Origin: an uncultured Klebsiella sp.
Lineage (GTDB): Bacteria; Myxococcota_A; UBA796; SXON01
Direction of reading: 5' to 3'
Assembly: GCA_964359125.1 (NCBI GenBank)
Contig: CAYHRZ010000001.1
Coordinates: 1-49,105 of the forward strand
DNA: 49,105 nucleotides
This document shows positions 25,629-34,803 of the stretch, piece after piece. Each line of letters starts with the position of its first letter. Position 1 is the stretch's first letter. The notes beneath the pieces were generated by a model. That model was not told the DNA's origin. It did no database searches and worked only from the letters and a program-made list of their open reading frames with translations. Both the position numbers and the translations under genes were made by a program.

Positions 25629-27668
25629 TCAGTCCGCCAGGGCGAGCACGCAGCCGTTCGACACCGGCTGCCCCGTGAACGCGTCGAGGGGCGCCGCGCC
25701 GAGCAGGGCGTTGGCCGCCACCCAGCCCGGGTCCTCGAGGGTGGCCACGGGCGTGCCGTAGGGCAGGATCACCACCCCGGCCCGCACCCCGGGCGACGAC
25801 TCCACCAGCACCGAGTGACAGCGCCCGTCGCGACCGGCCAGGCGCAGCACGCCGTCGGGGGCCAGGCGGGCCGCGTCGGCGGGGTGCAGCGTCGCCGGCC
25901 TCGGCGCGGCCGGCCCGCGCCGCGCCCTCGGCCAGGCCGCCGGGCGCCCGGCCGTGCCCGCCCCCCGCCCCGGCGGGGCGGCGTCGCGTTGCCCCAGCGC
26001 GGCCACGTAGGCCACGGGCGCCAACGACACACTCAGCGCTTCCTGCGCGTACTTCCGGGTGGCCAGGAGGCCACGGGGCGCCGCCGCAAGCGCGGACCAC
26101 GACAGGCCCGAGGCGGCGAGGACCGCGAGCCGGGCGAGGCCGCTGGGCCCGAGGGCCCGGGCCAGCGGGTGGGCCAGCCAACTGCCGAACAGCGGGCGCC
26201 GGGCGCCTCGCGACAGCGCCACGCAAACGTCCCAGTCCGGGCGGGCCTCGCCCACCGGCGGCACGACCGCGCCGCCCACCTGGAGGTGGGGGGCTGGCTT
26301 CTGCGAGGCCATGTGCAGGGTGCTGTCCCACCGCTCCAACCACGTGGCCGCCGGGAGAACCACGTCGGCCAGCGCGGTGGTGTCGTTGTGGTAGGCGTCG
26401 ACCGCGACCAGCAGGTCCAGGCGCGACAGCGCCTCGCGAACCTTCGGCGTGTCGGGACAGGACCGCAGCGGGTTGCCCCCGAAAACCACCAGGCCGCGCA
26501 TGCGGTCCGGCCCGTCGGTGAGCACGTCGTCGGCCATGGTCGCGGCCGCGTGCGTGCCGAGCACGGCGGGGTAGCCGCCCACGCGCGAGCGATTACCCGG
26601 GTCCGAACCGCGCATCCCCGCGAGGCGCAACAGGCGGGACAGGTCCACCGCACTGCCCGGCCGCACCCAGCCGCCGGGGCGATCCAGGCCCCCGGTCAGC
26701 GCCTGCAAGCACAGGGTCAACCACCACCCCAGCGTGGCGTCGGGCCCGAGGAGGATCCCTAGCCCCGACCAGAAGAGGGGGCGGTCCGCCGAGCGCACGC
26801 GGTCCGCCAGCGCCGACAGCGTCGCGACGTCGAGCCCCACGACGGCCGACACCCTCTCGGCGGAGAACGCCTCCACCGCTGCGGCGATCGCCGCCACGTC
26901 CGGGGCGGAAACCGTCACTCGCTGCACTAGCCCCGGGCGCGGCACCCGGGTGGCCTCGCGCACCAGGTACGCGAGCAAGAACCGGTCGGTGCCAGAGCGA
27001 ACAGGTAGGTGCAAACTCGCGTGGCGGGCGGTGGCGGAAGCCCGCGGGTCCACCACCACGAGGCGGTCTTTCGCCCGCAAGAGTTGGCGCACCCCGTCGG
27101 GGTTCGACTGCGCCTGCGAGGGTTGCGAGGCCAGGGGGTCGGTGCCGAACAGGACGATGCAGTCGCTGTGGGCGTAGTCGGCGGTAAAGGTGGTGGTGGC
27201 ATCGCCAAACACCGCCTCGGCCACCACGAACTGCGGCGCGTTGTCGAGGGTGAGCGCGCTGTACGACTTGCGGATGCCCAAGGAGCGGGCGAACGCCGTG
27301 GTACCGACCACCGCGCCGAAGTTGTGAATCACGGCGTTACCGAGGTACAAGCCGAGCGCCTCGGAGCCGTGTTCGTGGCGGAGCCGGCGGAGCGCGGGGC
27401 CCACCCGGTCCAGGGCCTCGTCCCACGACGCGCGGCGGAGTTGGCCGCCGCGGGTGTCACGAAGCAACGGCGTGGCGAGCCGTCCTTCGCCCCGCAGGCG
27501 CTCGTTGAACTTCAGGCCCTTGGTGCAGGCATAACCGTGGGAAACCGGGTGACCGGGGTCGGGGGACAAGCGCACCACCTCCCCACCGCGCACCTCGGCG
27601 AGCAAACCACAAGCCGACTCGCACACCCGGCACCAGGTGGGCACCAACGCCGGCGCGAGGCTACCCAA
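25629..27668 (-). CDS. Molybdopterin (MopB superfamily) oxidoreductase with N-terminal [4Fe-4S] motif
   Basis: CRVCESACG...C (C-x2-C-x3-C-x26-C) at the N-terminus, 679 aa, with MopB-like body and C-terminal barrel. No TAT signal is seen. It overlaps the upstream GMC gene by 8 nt. Confidence 0.85.
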   Translation of the reverse strand: MGSLAPALVPTWCRVCESACGLLAEVRGGEVVRLSPDPGHPVSHGYACTKGLKFNERLRGEGRLATPLLRDTRGGQLRRASWDEALDRVGPALRRLRHEHGSEALGLYLGNAVIHNFGAVVGTTAFARSLGIRKSYSALTLDNAPQFVVAEAVFGDATTTFTADYAHSDCIVLFGTDPLASQPSQAQSNPDGVRQLLRAKDRLVVVDPRASATARHASLHLPVRSGTDRFLLAYLVREATRVPRPGLVQRVTVSAPDVAAIAAAVEAFSAERVSAVVGLDVATLSALADRVRSADRPLFWSGLGILLGPDATLGWWLTLCLQALTGGLDRPGGWVRPGSAVDLSRLLRLAGMRGSDPGNRSRVGGYPAVLGTHAAATMADDVLTDGPDRMRGLVVFGGNPLRSCPDTPKVREALSRLDLLVAVDAYHNDTTALADVVLPAATWLERWDSTLHMASQKPAPHLQVGGAVVPPVGEARPDWDVCVALSRGARRPLFGSWLAHPLARALGPSGLARLAVLAASGLSWSALAAAPRGLLATRKYAQEALSVSLAPVAYVAALGQRDAAPPGRGAGTAGRPAAWPRARRGPAAPRPATLHPADAARLAPDGVLRLAGRDGRCHSVLVESSPGVRAGVVILPYGTPVATLEDPGWVAANALLGAAPLDAFTGQPVSNGCVLALAD

Positions 27669-29190
27669 GGGCCAGGCCGCGCCCGATGATCGTCGCCATC
27701 GCCATGGTGGTGATCGACGGGTTCACGCCCAGCGACGTCGGGAAGATCGAGCTGTCGGCGAGGTAGAGGCCGTCCACTGCGTGCGCCCGGCCGTCGGCCC
27801 GGATGACGCTGGTGGCGGGGTCCACTCCCATCCGGCACGACGACATGGGATGCGACGCGTACAGCGTGAAGTCGCGGATGGTCTTCGTCGACAGGGCCGC
27901 CTCCATCGCCTCGGGCGAGTCCACCATGCCCGCGCCCGCCACGGCGCAGAACAACCGCCGGGCGCCGCCGGCGAGCAGCACCCGGGCGCTGGCCACCATC
28001 CCCCGCTTCACCCGTTCCACGTCGTCGGGGTCGAAGTCGTAGCTGATCTTGGCCCGCCCGTCGGGCCAAGCGCTCACCCTGCCGGATCCCTTGTCGCTCA
28101 CCATCACCAACAGCCCCGCGAGGTGGTCGAGCAGGCCCAGCGCTTCCGGCGCGGGCACGCCCACCGCCGCCAGCGCCAGCAAGGCCACCTCGGGCGGCAG
28201 GGAACTGGTGTGGGGCAGGACCCCGGGCAGGTCCGGCACGTGGAAGTAGGCGCCCTGCGTGGCGCCGCGCCACCAGTACACCGGCGTGTCGGTGATGCCG
28301 AAGACCCCGTTCCCCGGGTGGACGTGGAGCCCCTTCCCCACCGCCGGGCCCAGGTCCAGCCCGGAGTGCGCGAGCAGGCGAGGGGTGCCGATGCCGCCAC
28401 ACGCGACCACCACCCGCGCCGCGCGCACCGTCACCCTGCCGCCGGGCTCGTGGCTGTCGGGGTGGAAACACTGTCCCCGCACGCCCACCACTCGACCGTC
28501 CTCGACGATGAAGCTCGACACCCGGGTGTCGGCGAGGATGCTCGCCCCGTTGGCGCAGGCCTCCACCAGGAGGTTGTGGTTGACACTCGCCTTGCAGCCC
28601 GAGGGACAACCGAACTTGCAGGTCCCGCAACCCACGCAGCGCGGGGTCGCGCGGGAGAGGTAACCCCCGTCGTACCCCACCTTCTGCACGCCACGGACGA
28701 CGAGGTCGTTGTTCTCGCCCGAGATCTCCTTCCGGGTTTCCCAAATGCCGAGCAACTCCCAGAGTTCGTCGTAGACCGGCCTCATGGCGGCGGCGTCGAA
28801 GTGATCGGCTCCGATCACGCCGGTCCAGCCGTCGAGCACGTCGTCCGGGCACCGCCAGGCGATGGCGCTGTTGATCAGCGAACCGCCGCCCACGCCGCGC
28901 CCGGCGGCGATGGGCATGAAGGTCGAACCCGTGGCCACCATCGCGCCGCCTTCCTGCATGTGGTAGCGCATCGTCTGCCCCTGGTTGGGCCGGAAGCGCT
29001 CCTGCGGCGGTCCCTCCTCGATCACCAGCACCCTCGCGCCGGCCAGGGCCAGAACGCGCGCCAACGCCGCGCCGCCGGGCCCGCTGCCCACCACGCACAC
29101 GTCGACGGCCAGGTCGCGGTCGGCGGTGGCGAACCCCTCGGCCTCCGGGGCCGCCTGCCACAAGACGCCGTCGCCCGGGGCCCAGCGCAC
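27661..29190 (-). CDS. GMC-family FAD oxidoreductase
   Basis: DVCVVGSGPGGAALARVLALAGARVLVIEEG dinucleotide fold. C-terminus has ADSSIFPTSLGVNPSITTMAMA. Confidence 0.9.
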   Translation of the reverse strand: MRWAPGDGVLWQAAPEAEGFATADRDLAVDVCVVGSGPGGAALARVLALAGARVLVIEEGPPQERFRPNQGQTMRYHMQEGGAMVATGSTFMPIAAGRGVGGGSLINSAIAWRCPDDVLDGWTGVIGADHFDAAAMRPVYDELWELLGIWETRKEISGENNDLVVRGVQKVGYDGGYLSRATPRCVGCGTCKFGCPSGCKASVNHNLLVEACANGASILADTRVSSFIVEDGRVVGVRGQCFHPDSHEPGGRVTVRAARVVVACGGIGTPRLLAHSGLDLGPAVGKGLHVHPGNGVFGITDTPVYWWRGATQGAYFHVPDLPGVLPHTSSLPPEVALLALAAVGVPAPEALGLLDHLAGLLVMVSDKGSGRVSAWPDGRAKISYDFDPDDVERVKRGMVASARVLLAGGARRLFCAVAGAGMVDSPEAMEAALSTKTIRDFTLYASHPMSSCRMGVDPATSVIRADGRAHAVDGLYLADSSIFPTSLGVNPSITTMAMATIIGRGLALG

Positions 29191-29191
29191 C

Positions 29192-29701
29192 CTAGGCCCC
29201 GTAGCCGCAGGGGAAGGACCGGGCGAAGCGCGGCGCGACCTGGGGGTTCAGCGAGTACGCCATCGCCACGAAGATGTAGAGGCTGGCCACGACCCCACGC
29301 AATTCCGCCAGGTCGCTCCGTGTCCAGTCACCGAGGATGGCCACCGCGTCGGCGAGTTGGAGCGACCGGAACGGCTGCCCGTGGCCGGGCCGCGGGTACT
29401 GGTCCAGCGCGTGGACGGAGAGGCGCAGCATGTTGCGCTGCACCGGCGCCATCCCCGAGATCACCCCGTCGATCACGATCGAGACCCCGGCCTCGCGCCC
29501 CCGCAGGGGTAGCCCCGGGTGCGGCGGGAAGATGGCGTCGGCCAGCGCGTCGAAGAACGCCGCCTCGTCGGCGGAGACGTGGGCCAGGCCGGGCGCGGGC
29601 GCCTGGTCCCACCACGTGTGGTAGCCGAGGGCCGCGGCCCCCGCACTCGCAGCGGCCAGCGCCCCGGCGGCAGCGACGAGTTGACGGCGGGAAGGGGGCA
29701 C
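29192..29701 (-). CDS. Gluconate-2-dehydrogenase subunit-3-like small subunit with twin-arginine signal
   Basis: MPPSRRQLVAAAGALAAASAGA (TAT-like), then SADEAAFFDALADAIFP...REAGV, typical of this family. It lies immediately upstream of the GMC gene. Confidence 0.75.
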   Translation of the reverse strand: MPPSRRQLVAAAGALAAASAGAAALGYHTWWDQAPAPGLAHVSADEAAFFDALADAIFPPHPGLPLRGREAGVSIVIDGVISGMAPVQRNMLRLSVHALDQYPRPGHGQPFRSLQLADAVAILGDWTRSDLAELRGVVASLYIFVAMAYSLNPQVAPRFARSFPCGYGA

Positions 29702-29729
29702 CGGGGACGCTTAGCGCGGCGGGCGGCCC

Positions 29730-29779
29730 AGCAACGTGGCCGCGCCAATAGCAACGTGGCCCCGCGATTCATCGCGCGC
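29730..29779. repeat. Composite element E1: 2x AGCAACGTGGCC direct repeat + GCGATTCATCGC hairpin
   Basis: Repeats at 29730-29741 and 29750-29761, and a hairpin core at 29762-29779. The architecture matches the reverse complement of 48990-49038. Confidence 0.7.
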
Positions 29780-29817
29780 CCGTCCGTCCAGCCACGCCCG
29801 CCGGATAGCCCTCCCCC

Positions 29818-30639
29818 GTGCGCCGCCTAGACTTCACCGACCACCGCCGCGACCTCGGCGACAACCGCTACGTCTACGCCGTGGTCTCCCGCCGGGCGCG
29901 GGGGCTGTCGATCGGGCTCAACCTCAACCCCGACAAGGTGTGCAACTTCGACTGTCCCTACTGCCAGGTCGACCGGAGGCTGCCCGGCGGCGAGTCGTCT
30001 ATCGACGTGTCGCGACTGGGTGACGAACTCGAGCACCTGCTCCACCTCGTCAACGGGGGCCACCTCTGGGAATCGGCCCCCTTCGACACCGCCGACCCGG
30101 CCCTCCGCAGGGTGGCCGACATCGCCTTCGCGGGCGACGGGGAGCCCACCACCCCGCCCGAGTTCCCGGCCGCCGCCGCCGCGGTCCACGCGCTCCGCGA
30201 GTCGCTGGCCCCCGGCGTGCCGATCCGCCTCTTGACCAACGCCACGATGTTGCACCGGGCCCGGGTGCGCGAGGCGTTGCGGTTCGTCGACGAGCCCTGG
30301 TGCAAGCTCGACGCCGGCACCGAGGCCTACTTCCGCCTGGTCGACGGTACGCGCTTCCCCTTCCGGCGCATCCTCCAGAACCTGCACGCCACCGCGGCGG
30401 AGCGCCCCATCGTGATCCAGTCGATGTTCATGAACCTCGACGGCGCGGGACCGAGCGACGAGGAGATCGCGGCGTGGGTGGCCCGTCTCCGGGCGATCGG
30501 CGGCACCGTCACGGAGGTACAGGTGTACTCCGTGGCACGGAAACCCGCCGACGACCGCGTTTCCCCCTTGCCGCCGGCGCGGCTGGCGTACATCGCTTCC
30601 CGCGCGACCTCGGCGGGTTTTTCCGTCACCATCGCGTAG
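29818..30639 (+). CDS. Radical SAM protein (subfamily not recognised)
   Basis: CNFDCPYC (CxxxCxxC) cluster motif and FAGDGEPT SAM-binding motif. 273 aa. Confidence 0.8.
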   Translation: MRRLDFTDHRRDLGDNRYVYAVVSRRARGLSIGLNLNPDKVCNFDCPYCQVDRRLPGGESSIDVSRLGDELEHLLHLVNGGHLWESAPFDTADPALRRVADIAFAGDGEPTTPPEFPAAAAAVHALRESLAPGVPIRLLTNATMLHRARVREALRFVDEPWCKLDAGTEAYFRLVDGTRFPFRRILQNLHATAAERPIVIQSMFMNLDGAGPSDEEIAAWVARLRAIGGTVTEVQVYSVARKPADDRVSPLPPARLAYIASRATSAGFSVTIA

Positions 30640-30646
30640 GAGCCCC

Positions 30647-31144
30647 GTGGACATCGCCACCCTCGCCAACGTGCTCTCCGCCGTCGCCGTCGTCAGCGGC
30701 GTCGTCCTCGGGATGTTGCAGATCCGCCACATGTCCAAGACGCGGGCGATCTTCTCCTCGGCCGAACTGGTCCACGCGATGCTGACGCAGCAGTTCGCCG
30801 ACAGCGTGCGCATCGTGCTCGCGCTCCCGGAGAACGCCCACCCGGACCTCGTCCGACGTGACAGCCGAATGTCGGAGGCGGTGCTGATGCTGAGCCACGT
30901 CTACGAGAGTCTCGGGGTCCTGGTGTACCACCGCATCGTGCCGCTGCACATCGTCGACGACCTGATGGGCGGCTACGTCCGCAACTCCTGGAAACGCCTG
31001 CGGCCCTACGTGGAGGTGCGCCGGGCCGAGCTTGGCGTACACTACGGGGAATGGATGCAGTGGCTCGTCGAACAACTCGAAGCGCACCCCTCACCGGGCA
31101 AGAGCGTCGGCGCGCACATCGCCCACCGCCGGTGGCGGCCGTGA
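30647..31144 (+). CDS. Hypothetical N-terminally membrane-anchored protein
   Basis: 165-aa ORF with one N-terminal TM (ATLANVLSAVAVVSGVVLGML). Lies 7 nt after the radical SAM gene. Confidence 0.6.
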   Translation: MDIATLANVLSAVAVVSGVVLGMLQIRHMSKTRAIFSSAELVHAMLTQQFADSVRIVLALPENAHPDLVRRDSRMSEAVLMLSHVYESLGVLVYHRIVPLHIVDDLMGGYVRNSWKRLRPYVEVRRAELGVHYGEWMQWLVEQLEAHPSPGKSVGAHIAHRRWRP

Positions 31145-31980
31145 TCCTCGCCTTCCTCGCGGCCTGCGCCTCGGCCGCCCCGCGCCCGTCCCCGGAGCCT
31201 CCCGTGCCTTCCTTCACCCCCGCCGATTTCTCTGTGGCCGACGCCGACCGCCCGTTGTTCGAACAACTCCACGCCCTGGCCGTGGCGCGCGCGCCCGGCT
31301 GGACGTTCTTGCCGTTCCGCCGCATCGGGAACTTCGTCGAAGCTCGCTGGTGCTCGCCGACCGTGCGGCCCGCGGCCTGCGACGGCGGCTCGGTAGTCAA
31401 CGACATGGAGCCGGGGACGGCGTGGTCGCAACTGTCAACCTTGCACTACGACAGTTCCTGGCCCGCCACCTTCGGTGTCGTCTGGAACGCGGGCGAGATC
31501 CCCACCTCCGGCATCGGCGCGACGGTGTTCTACGCCCAGAACGGCGCCGGCGTGGTGGGTGGCGGTTTCGGTGCCCAGGTCCTGCGCGTCGACGGCGGAA
31601 GCGTGGTCGAGAAGGGCTCGCTCGGGCAGTACGAACTCACGGTGGGCGCCACCACCCTGGTCGTCGAGGCGGACCCGCGATCAGAAGCACGCGCCCTGCT
31701 CGCGGTCGACTCGTACAAGTCTACGGTCGCGACACGAATGTCAGAGTTGCGCGAGAAGCTCACCACGGCCTCGCTCAAGGTGTGGCACGAGGAGCCCTAC
31801 CGGGGCGGCGGCATCCCGCCCGAGCGCACCGAAGCCGAGCCCAGCCCGGAGGAGCGCGCGGCGCTGCTCGCCGAGGGAACCGCCGAGATCGCCCGGCGCG
31901 AGGCGCTCTTGCTGGGGAACGCCGAAACGGCGGTGGCCGCGCTGGCCAAGCTCATGCCGCCGACGGCGTTCGGGCCCTAG
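31141..31980 (+). CDS. Hypothetical lipoprotein
   Basis: GTG 31141 overlaps the upstream stop (GTGA). VILAFLAACAS lipobox. No family recognised. Confidence 0.6.
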   Translation: MILAFLAACASAAPRPSPEPPVPSFTPADFSVADADRPLFEQLHALAVARAPGWTFLPFRRIGNFVEARWCSPTVRPAACDGGSVVNDMEPGTAWSQLSTLHYDSSWPATFGVVWNAGEIPTSGIGATVFYAQNGAGVVGGGFGAQVLRVDGGSVVEKGSLGQYELTVGATTLVVEADPRSEARALLAVDSYKSTVATRMSELREKLTTASLKVWHEEPYRGGGIPPERTEAEPSPEERAALLAEGTAEIARREALLLGNAETAVAALAKLMPPTAFGP

Positions 31981-31986
31981 TGCACG

Positions 31987-32625
31987 ATGTGCGGTCGCTT
32001 CGCCCTCCACCACCCCAACGACGAGATCCACGAGCAATTCCAGGTGGAGCACCCGGAGTTCCTCTTCTCGCCCCGCTACAACATCGCGCCCACCCAGACG
32101 ATTGCCGTCGTCACCGCCGACCGGCGACTGGTGCCGATGAAGTGGGGACTCGTGCCCCGGTGGTCGCGCGACGGCAAGCCCTTCATCAACGCGCGCGGCG
32201 AGACCATCGCCGAGAAACCTAGTTTCCGTCACAACTTCAAGTCGCGGCGGATCCTGGTCCCGTGCAGCGGCTTCTACGAGTGGAAGGTAGATGGCAAACA
32301 ACGACTGCCCCGCCACATCCGCATGAAGGACCACCGCGCGTTTGGCCTGGGGGCGATCTACGAGCCGGGCGAGGTGCCCACGGTGTCGCTCATCACCATC
32401 GCGGCCAACGCCGTCATCAGCGACTTCCACGACCGGATGCCGGTGATTGTCCCTCCGGCGCACCAGGCCCGGTGGCTCGACGTCGACAGTCCCGACCCCG
32501 CCGCGCTGCTGCTCCCCTACGACGCCGACGCGATGGAGGCCTACCCGGTGTCCACACGCGTCAACGGGGTGAAAGACGACGACCCCTCGCTCGTCGTCCC
32601 CGAGCGCCAGGGGCTATTCGGGTAG
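31987..32625 (+). CDS. SOS-response-associated peptidase (SRAP/YedK, abasic-site processing protein)
   Basis: N-terminal MCGRF with catalytic Cys2, then YNIAPTQ..., typical of SRAP. Confidence 0.9.
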   Translation: MCGRFALHHPNDEIHEQFQVEHPEFLFSPRYNIAPTQTIAVVTADRRLVPMKWGLVPRWSRDGKPFINARGETIAEKPSFRHNFKSRRILVPCSGFYEWKVDGKQRLPRHIRMKDHRAFGLGAIYEPGEVPTVSLITIAANAVISDFHDRMPVIVPPAHQARWLDVDSPDPAALLLPYDADAMEAYPVSTRVNGVKDDDPSLVVPERQGLFG

Positions 32626-32628
32626 GCG

Positions 32629-33183
32629 ATGATCGAAGCCTACCTGCACATGATCCCCCGGGTGGATCCCACGGCCTTCGTGCACGAGGGGGCCTACGTG
32701 CTGGGCGACGTCAGCCTCGGCGCGCGGGTGAGCATCTGGCCGACCACCGTGCTCCGGGGCGACCAGGGCGCCATCGTGGTGGGCGACGACAGCAACATCC
32801 AGGACGGCTCGGTGGTCCACGCCACGGGCGGGGTTTCCCTCACCAACGTGGGCGCGAGGGTGACGGTAGGACACCGGGCGATCCTCCACGGCTGTACCGT
32901 CGGCGACGACTGCCTGGTGGGCATGGGGAGCATCGTGCTCGACAACGCCGTGATCGAGCGCAACTGCATCGTGGGCGCGGGGGCCTTGGTGCCGGTGGGC
33001 ATGCGCGTGCCCGAGGGATCGCTGGTCCTCGGCACGCCGGCCCGGGTGGTGCGAAAGCTCACGGAGAAGGACTACGACCGCATCGCCACCGGTACCACCA
33101 CCTACGTCCGCCTGGCGGCGGAGTACCTCGCGGCGCGCGCTACATCAGCGGCCCCGCGCACCGAAAACCGATGCTCCCGATGA
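32629..33183 (+). CDS. Gamma-carbonic-anhydrase-like / hexapeptide-repeat (LbH) protein
   Basis: FVHEGAYVLGDVSLGARVSIWPTTVLRGDQGAIVVGDDSNIQDGSVVH is the YrdA/PaaY-type pattern. Confidence 0.85.
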   Translation: MIEAYLHMIPRVDPTAFVHEGAYVLGDVSLGARVSIWPTTVLRGDQGAIVVGDDSNIQDGSVVHATGGVSLTNVGARVTVGHRAILHGCTVGDDCLVGMGSIVLDNAVIERNCIVGAGALVPVGMRVPEGSLVLGTPARVVRKLTEKDYDRIATGTTTYVRLAAEYLAARATSAAPRTENRCSR

Positions 33184-34048
33184 AGTCGGGGTCGTGGCCG
33201 TCGTAAGCGTATCGCACATCTACCCCCGCGCCCGAGTAGTAGGCGCCGCCGCGCTTCTCGGTGAGCGGCTCGCCGTCCCGCGCGCGGTCCAGCGACAGCG
33301 TTGCCTCGCGGGCGGCCCCCTCCGGCGTGCCGAGGGTCACCGGCAGCCGCGCGTCAGCGAGGTGCAGCCAGCCGCGGGTGGGCACCTGGAACTGGCTCTG
33401 TCCCCCGTGGAGTCGCGCGGAGAGCGGTGAGCCGTAGAGCTCCACCTTCCCTGGCCACACCACCTCCAGGGTCGCGCCCGGCGCCGCGAGGATCGTGTCG
33501 CCGTCGAGTTCGATGCCGCTCTTGGACACGGCGGCGGCGAGGTCGTAGCTGCCCCCGGGGTCCACCCACTCCCAGGCCCCGCCGAGCTGGTCGAAGACGC
33601 CAAACCGGCTCTCGCAGTGCGGATAGCTCCCGGTCAGGGGCGGCGCTTGCATCGCCAGCGGCGCGGCGCCGGCGTCGGGGACAGCACAGCGGCCGCTCTC
33701 CCACGTTTCACCATAGGGATACGCCCAGCCCCCCGGGCCAACTTGTCCGTCGGCGGCGTCTTCCCACTCGCTCGACGTCGCGAGGTGCTTCACGCCGTCG
33801 CCGTGCGCGGTCGCCGCGCAAATCTCCTTGGCCGTTCGCCACGACACGCCCTGCGTGGGCGCCCGCCCCGCCTCGCTCACCGCGTAGCTCACCGGGCGCC
33901 GCTTGCCGCTCACCTCGCGCACCTCCGTGACCACGAAGGCCTCGAAGCGGTCGATGCAGTGCGACTCGCCCACCTGGGCCATGCCCGCGGGACAACGGGG
34001 GGAGGAGCAGGTGGCGAGGGACGGGAGAATGGTCGCGAGGAGGATCAA
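33140..34048 (-). CDS. Formylglycine-generating-enzyme (SUMF1/FGE) family lipoprotein
   Basis: LATC lipobox. GGAWEWV and GFRC motifs typical of the FGE-sulfatase domain. Confidence 0.7.
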   Translation of the reverse strand: MILLATILPSLATCSSPRCPAGMAQVGESHCIDRFEAFVVTEVREVSGKRRPVSYAVSEAGRAPTQGVSWRTAKEICAATAHGDGVKHLATSSEWEDAADGQVGPGGWAYPYGETWESGRCAVPDAGAAPLAMQAPPLTGSYPHCESRFGVFDQLGGAWEWVDPGGSYDLAAAVSKSGIELDGDTILAAPGATLEVVWPGKVELYGSPLSARLHGGQSQFQVPTRGWLHLADARLPVTLGTPEGAAREATLSLDRARDGEPLTEKRGGAYYSGAGVDVRYAYDGHDPDFIGSIGFRCAGPLM

Positions 34049-34074
34049 CCGGGTGGCTCTATTCGGGCCCGGGC

Positions 34075-34476
34075 TCAGCGGGTGGTCCCGAGCGCGACCG
34101 CGACGTCGGTCTGGGCGAAGTCGCGACCCTTGAACAGCAGCGGTTCACCACTCGACCGGCTCAGTGCGTAGGCGAAGGTGTCGCCGAAGTTCAGACCAGC
34201 GGGGTGGCGGCCCTTCCCGAACCGCCGCCACGCTTCCCGCGCGATCTCGGCCTGTGCCGCGGTGACCGCGACCACGTCGACGCCGGCCCGGTGCAGCATG
34301 AGGTCGAGCTCCCTCCCCCCGGGCTCACCCTGGCGCGACTCCACCACCAGCGCGCACTCCAACAGCGTGGCGGCGGAGACCAGGCGCACCGGGTCCGCCT
34401 CGATGGCGCGACAAAACGCCAGCGCCTCGGGCTCCCCGAAGAGGATGGCGGAAACCGCCGAGGTGTCGAGGACCAT
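34075..34476 (-). CDS. vapC: PIN-domain toxin VapC
   Basis: MVLDTSAV with acidic PIN residues, 133 aa. The start overlaps the vapB stop by 1 nt. Confidence 0.9.
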   Translation of the reverse strand: MVLDTSAVSAILFGEPEALAFCRAIEADPVRLVSAATLLECALVVESRQGEPGGRELDLMLHRAGVDVVAVTAAQAEIAREAWRRFGKGRHPAGLNFGDTFAYALSRSSGEPLLFKGRDFAQTDVAVALGTTR

Positions 34477-34721
34477 CAGCGTGGCAACCCGTGCTCGTCG
34501 TACTCGACGCCGTCGCCCGGGCCCACCACGGGGAGCGCCGATGCCCGCCGGCTGATCTCCATCAACGCCTCGTGCAGCGGGCGGGGGCGGGCGATCCCTT
34601 CCAGCCGACGGAGCCGCTCCCTCAGGGCGTTGATCACCGCCTGGGTGAGCGTTTCGCCGGTGTGCGCGGCCAGCTTGCGAGCGAGCTCGTCGGCCTCGGC
34701 GCTCTTGATGCTCAGGGGCAC
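34476..34721 (-). CDS. vapB: VapB-family antitoxin (Rv0623/PSK-type)
   Basis: [39 protein letters not shown] start preceded by GAGG. A TATAGAAT-like -10 element lies upstream (plus-strand 34741-34748). Confidence 0.85.
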   Translation of the reverse strand: MPLSIKSAEADELARKLAAHTGETLTQAVINALRERLRRLEGIARPRPLHEALMEISRRASALPVVGPGDGVEYDEHGLPR

Positions 34722-34788
34722 TTTCTACCTCGTCAGGAAGATTCTATACATGGGAGGCACGGTGTCAACCGTCGGTCCCAGCGCACGG

Positions 34789-34803
34789 GCGCCCCACGTG
34801 GGA
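34789..34803. repeat. CCCACGTGGG-core repeat, copy 1
   Basis: GCGCCCCACGTGGGA, read directly; intergenic. Confidence 0.8.

Noticed and set aside
24538-26762. Long overlapping ORFs 24538-26343 (-, 601 aa) and 24606-26762 (+, 718 aa)
   Set aside because: Both are Arg/Pro/Gly-rich junk in frames overlapping the agmatinase-like, SRPBCC and MopB genes, which carry clear family motifs.
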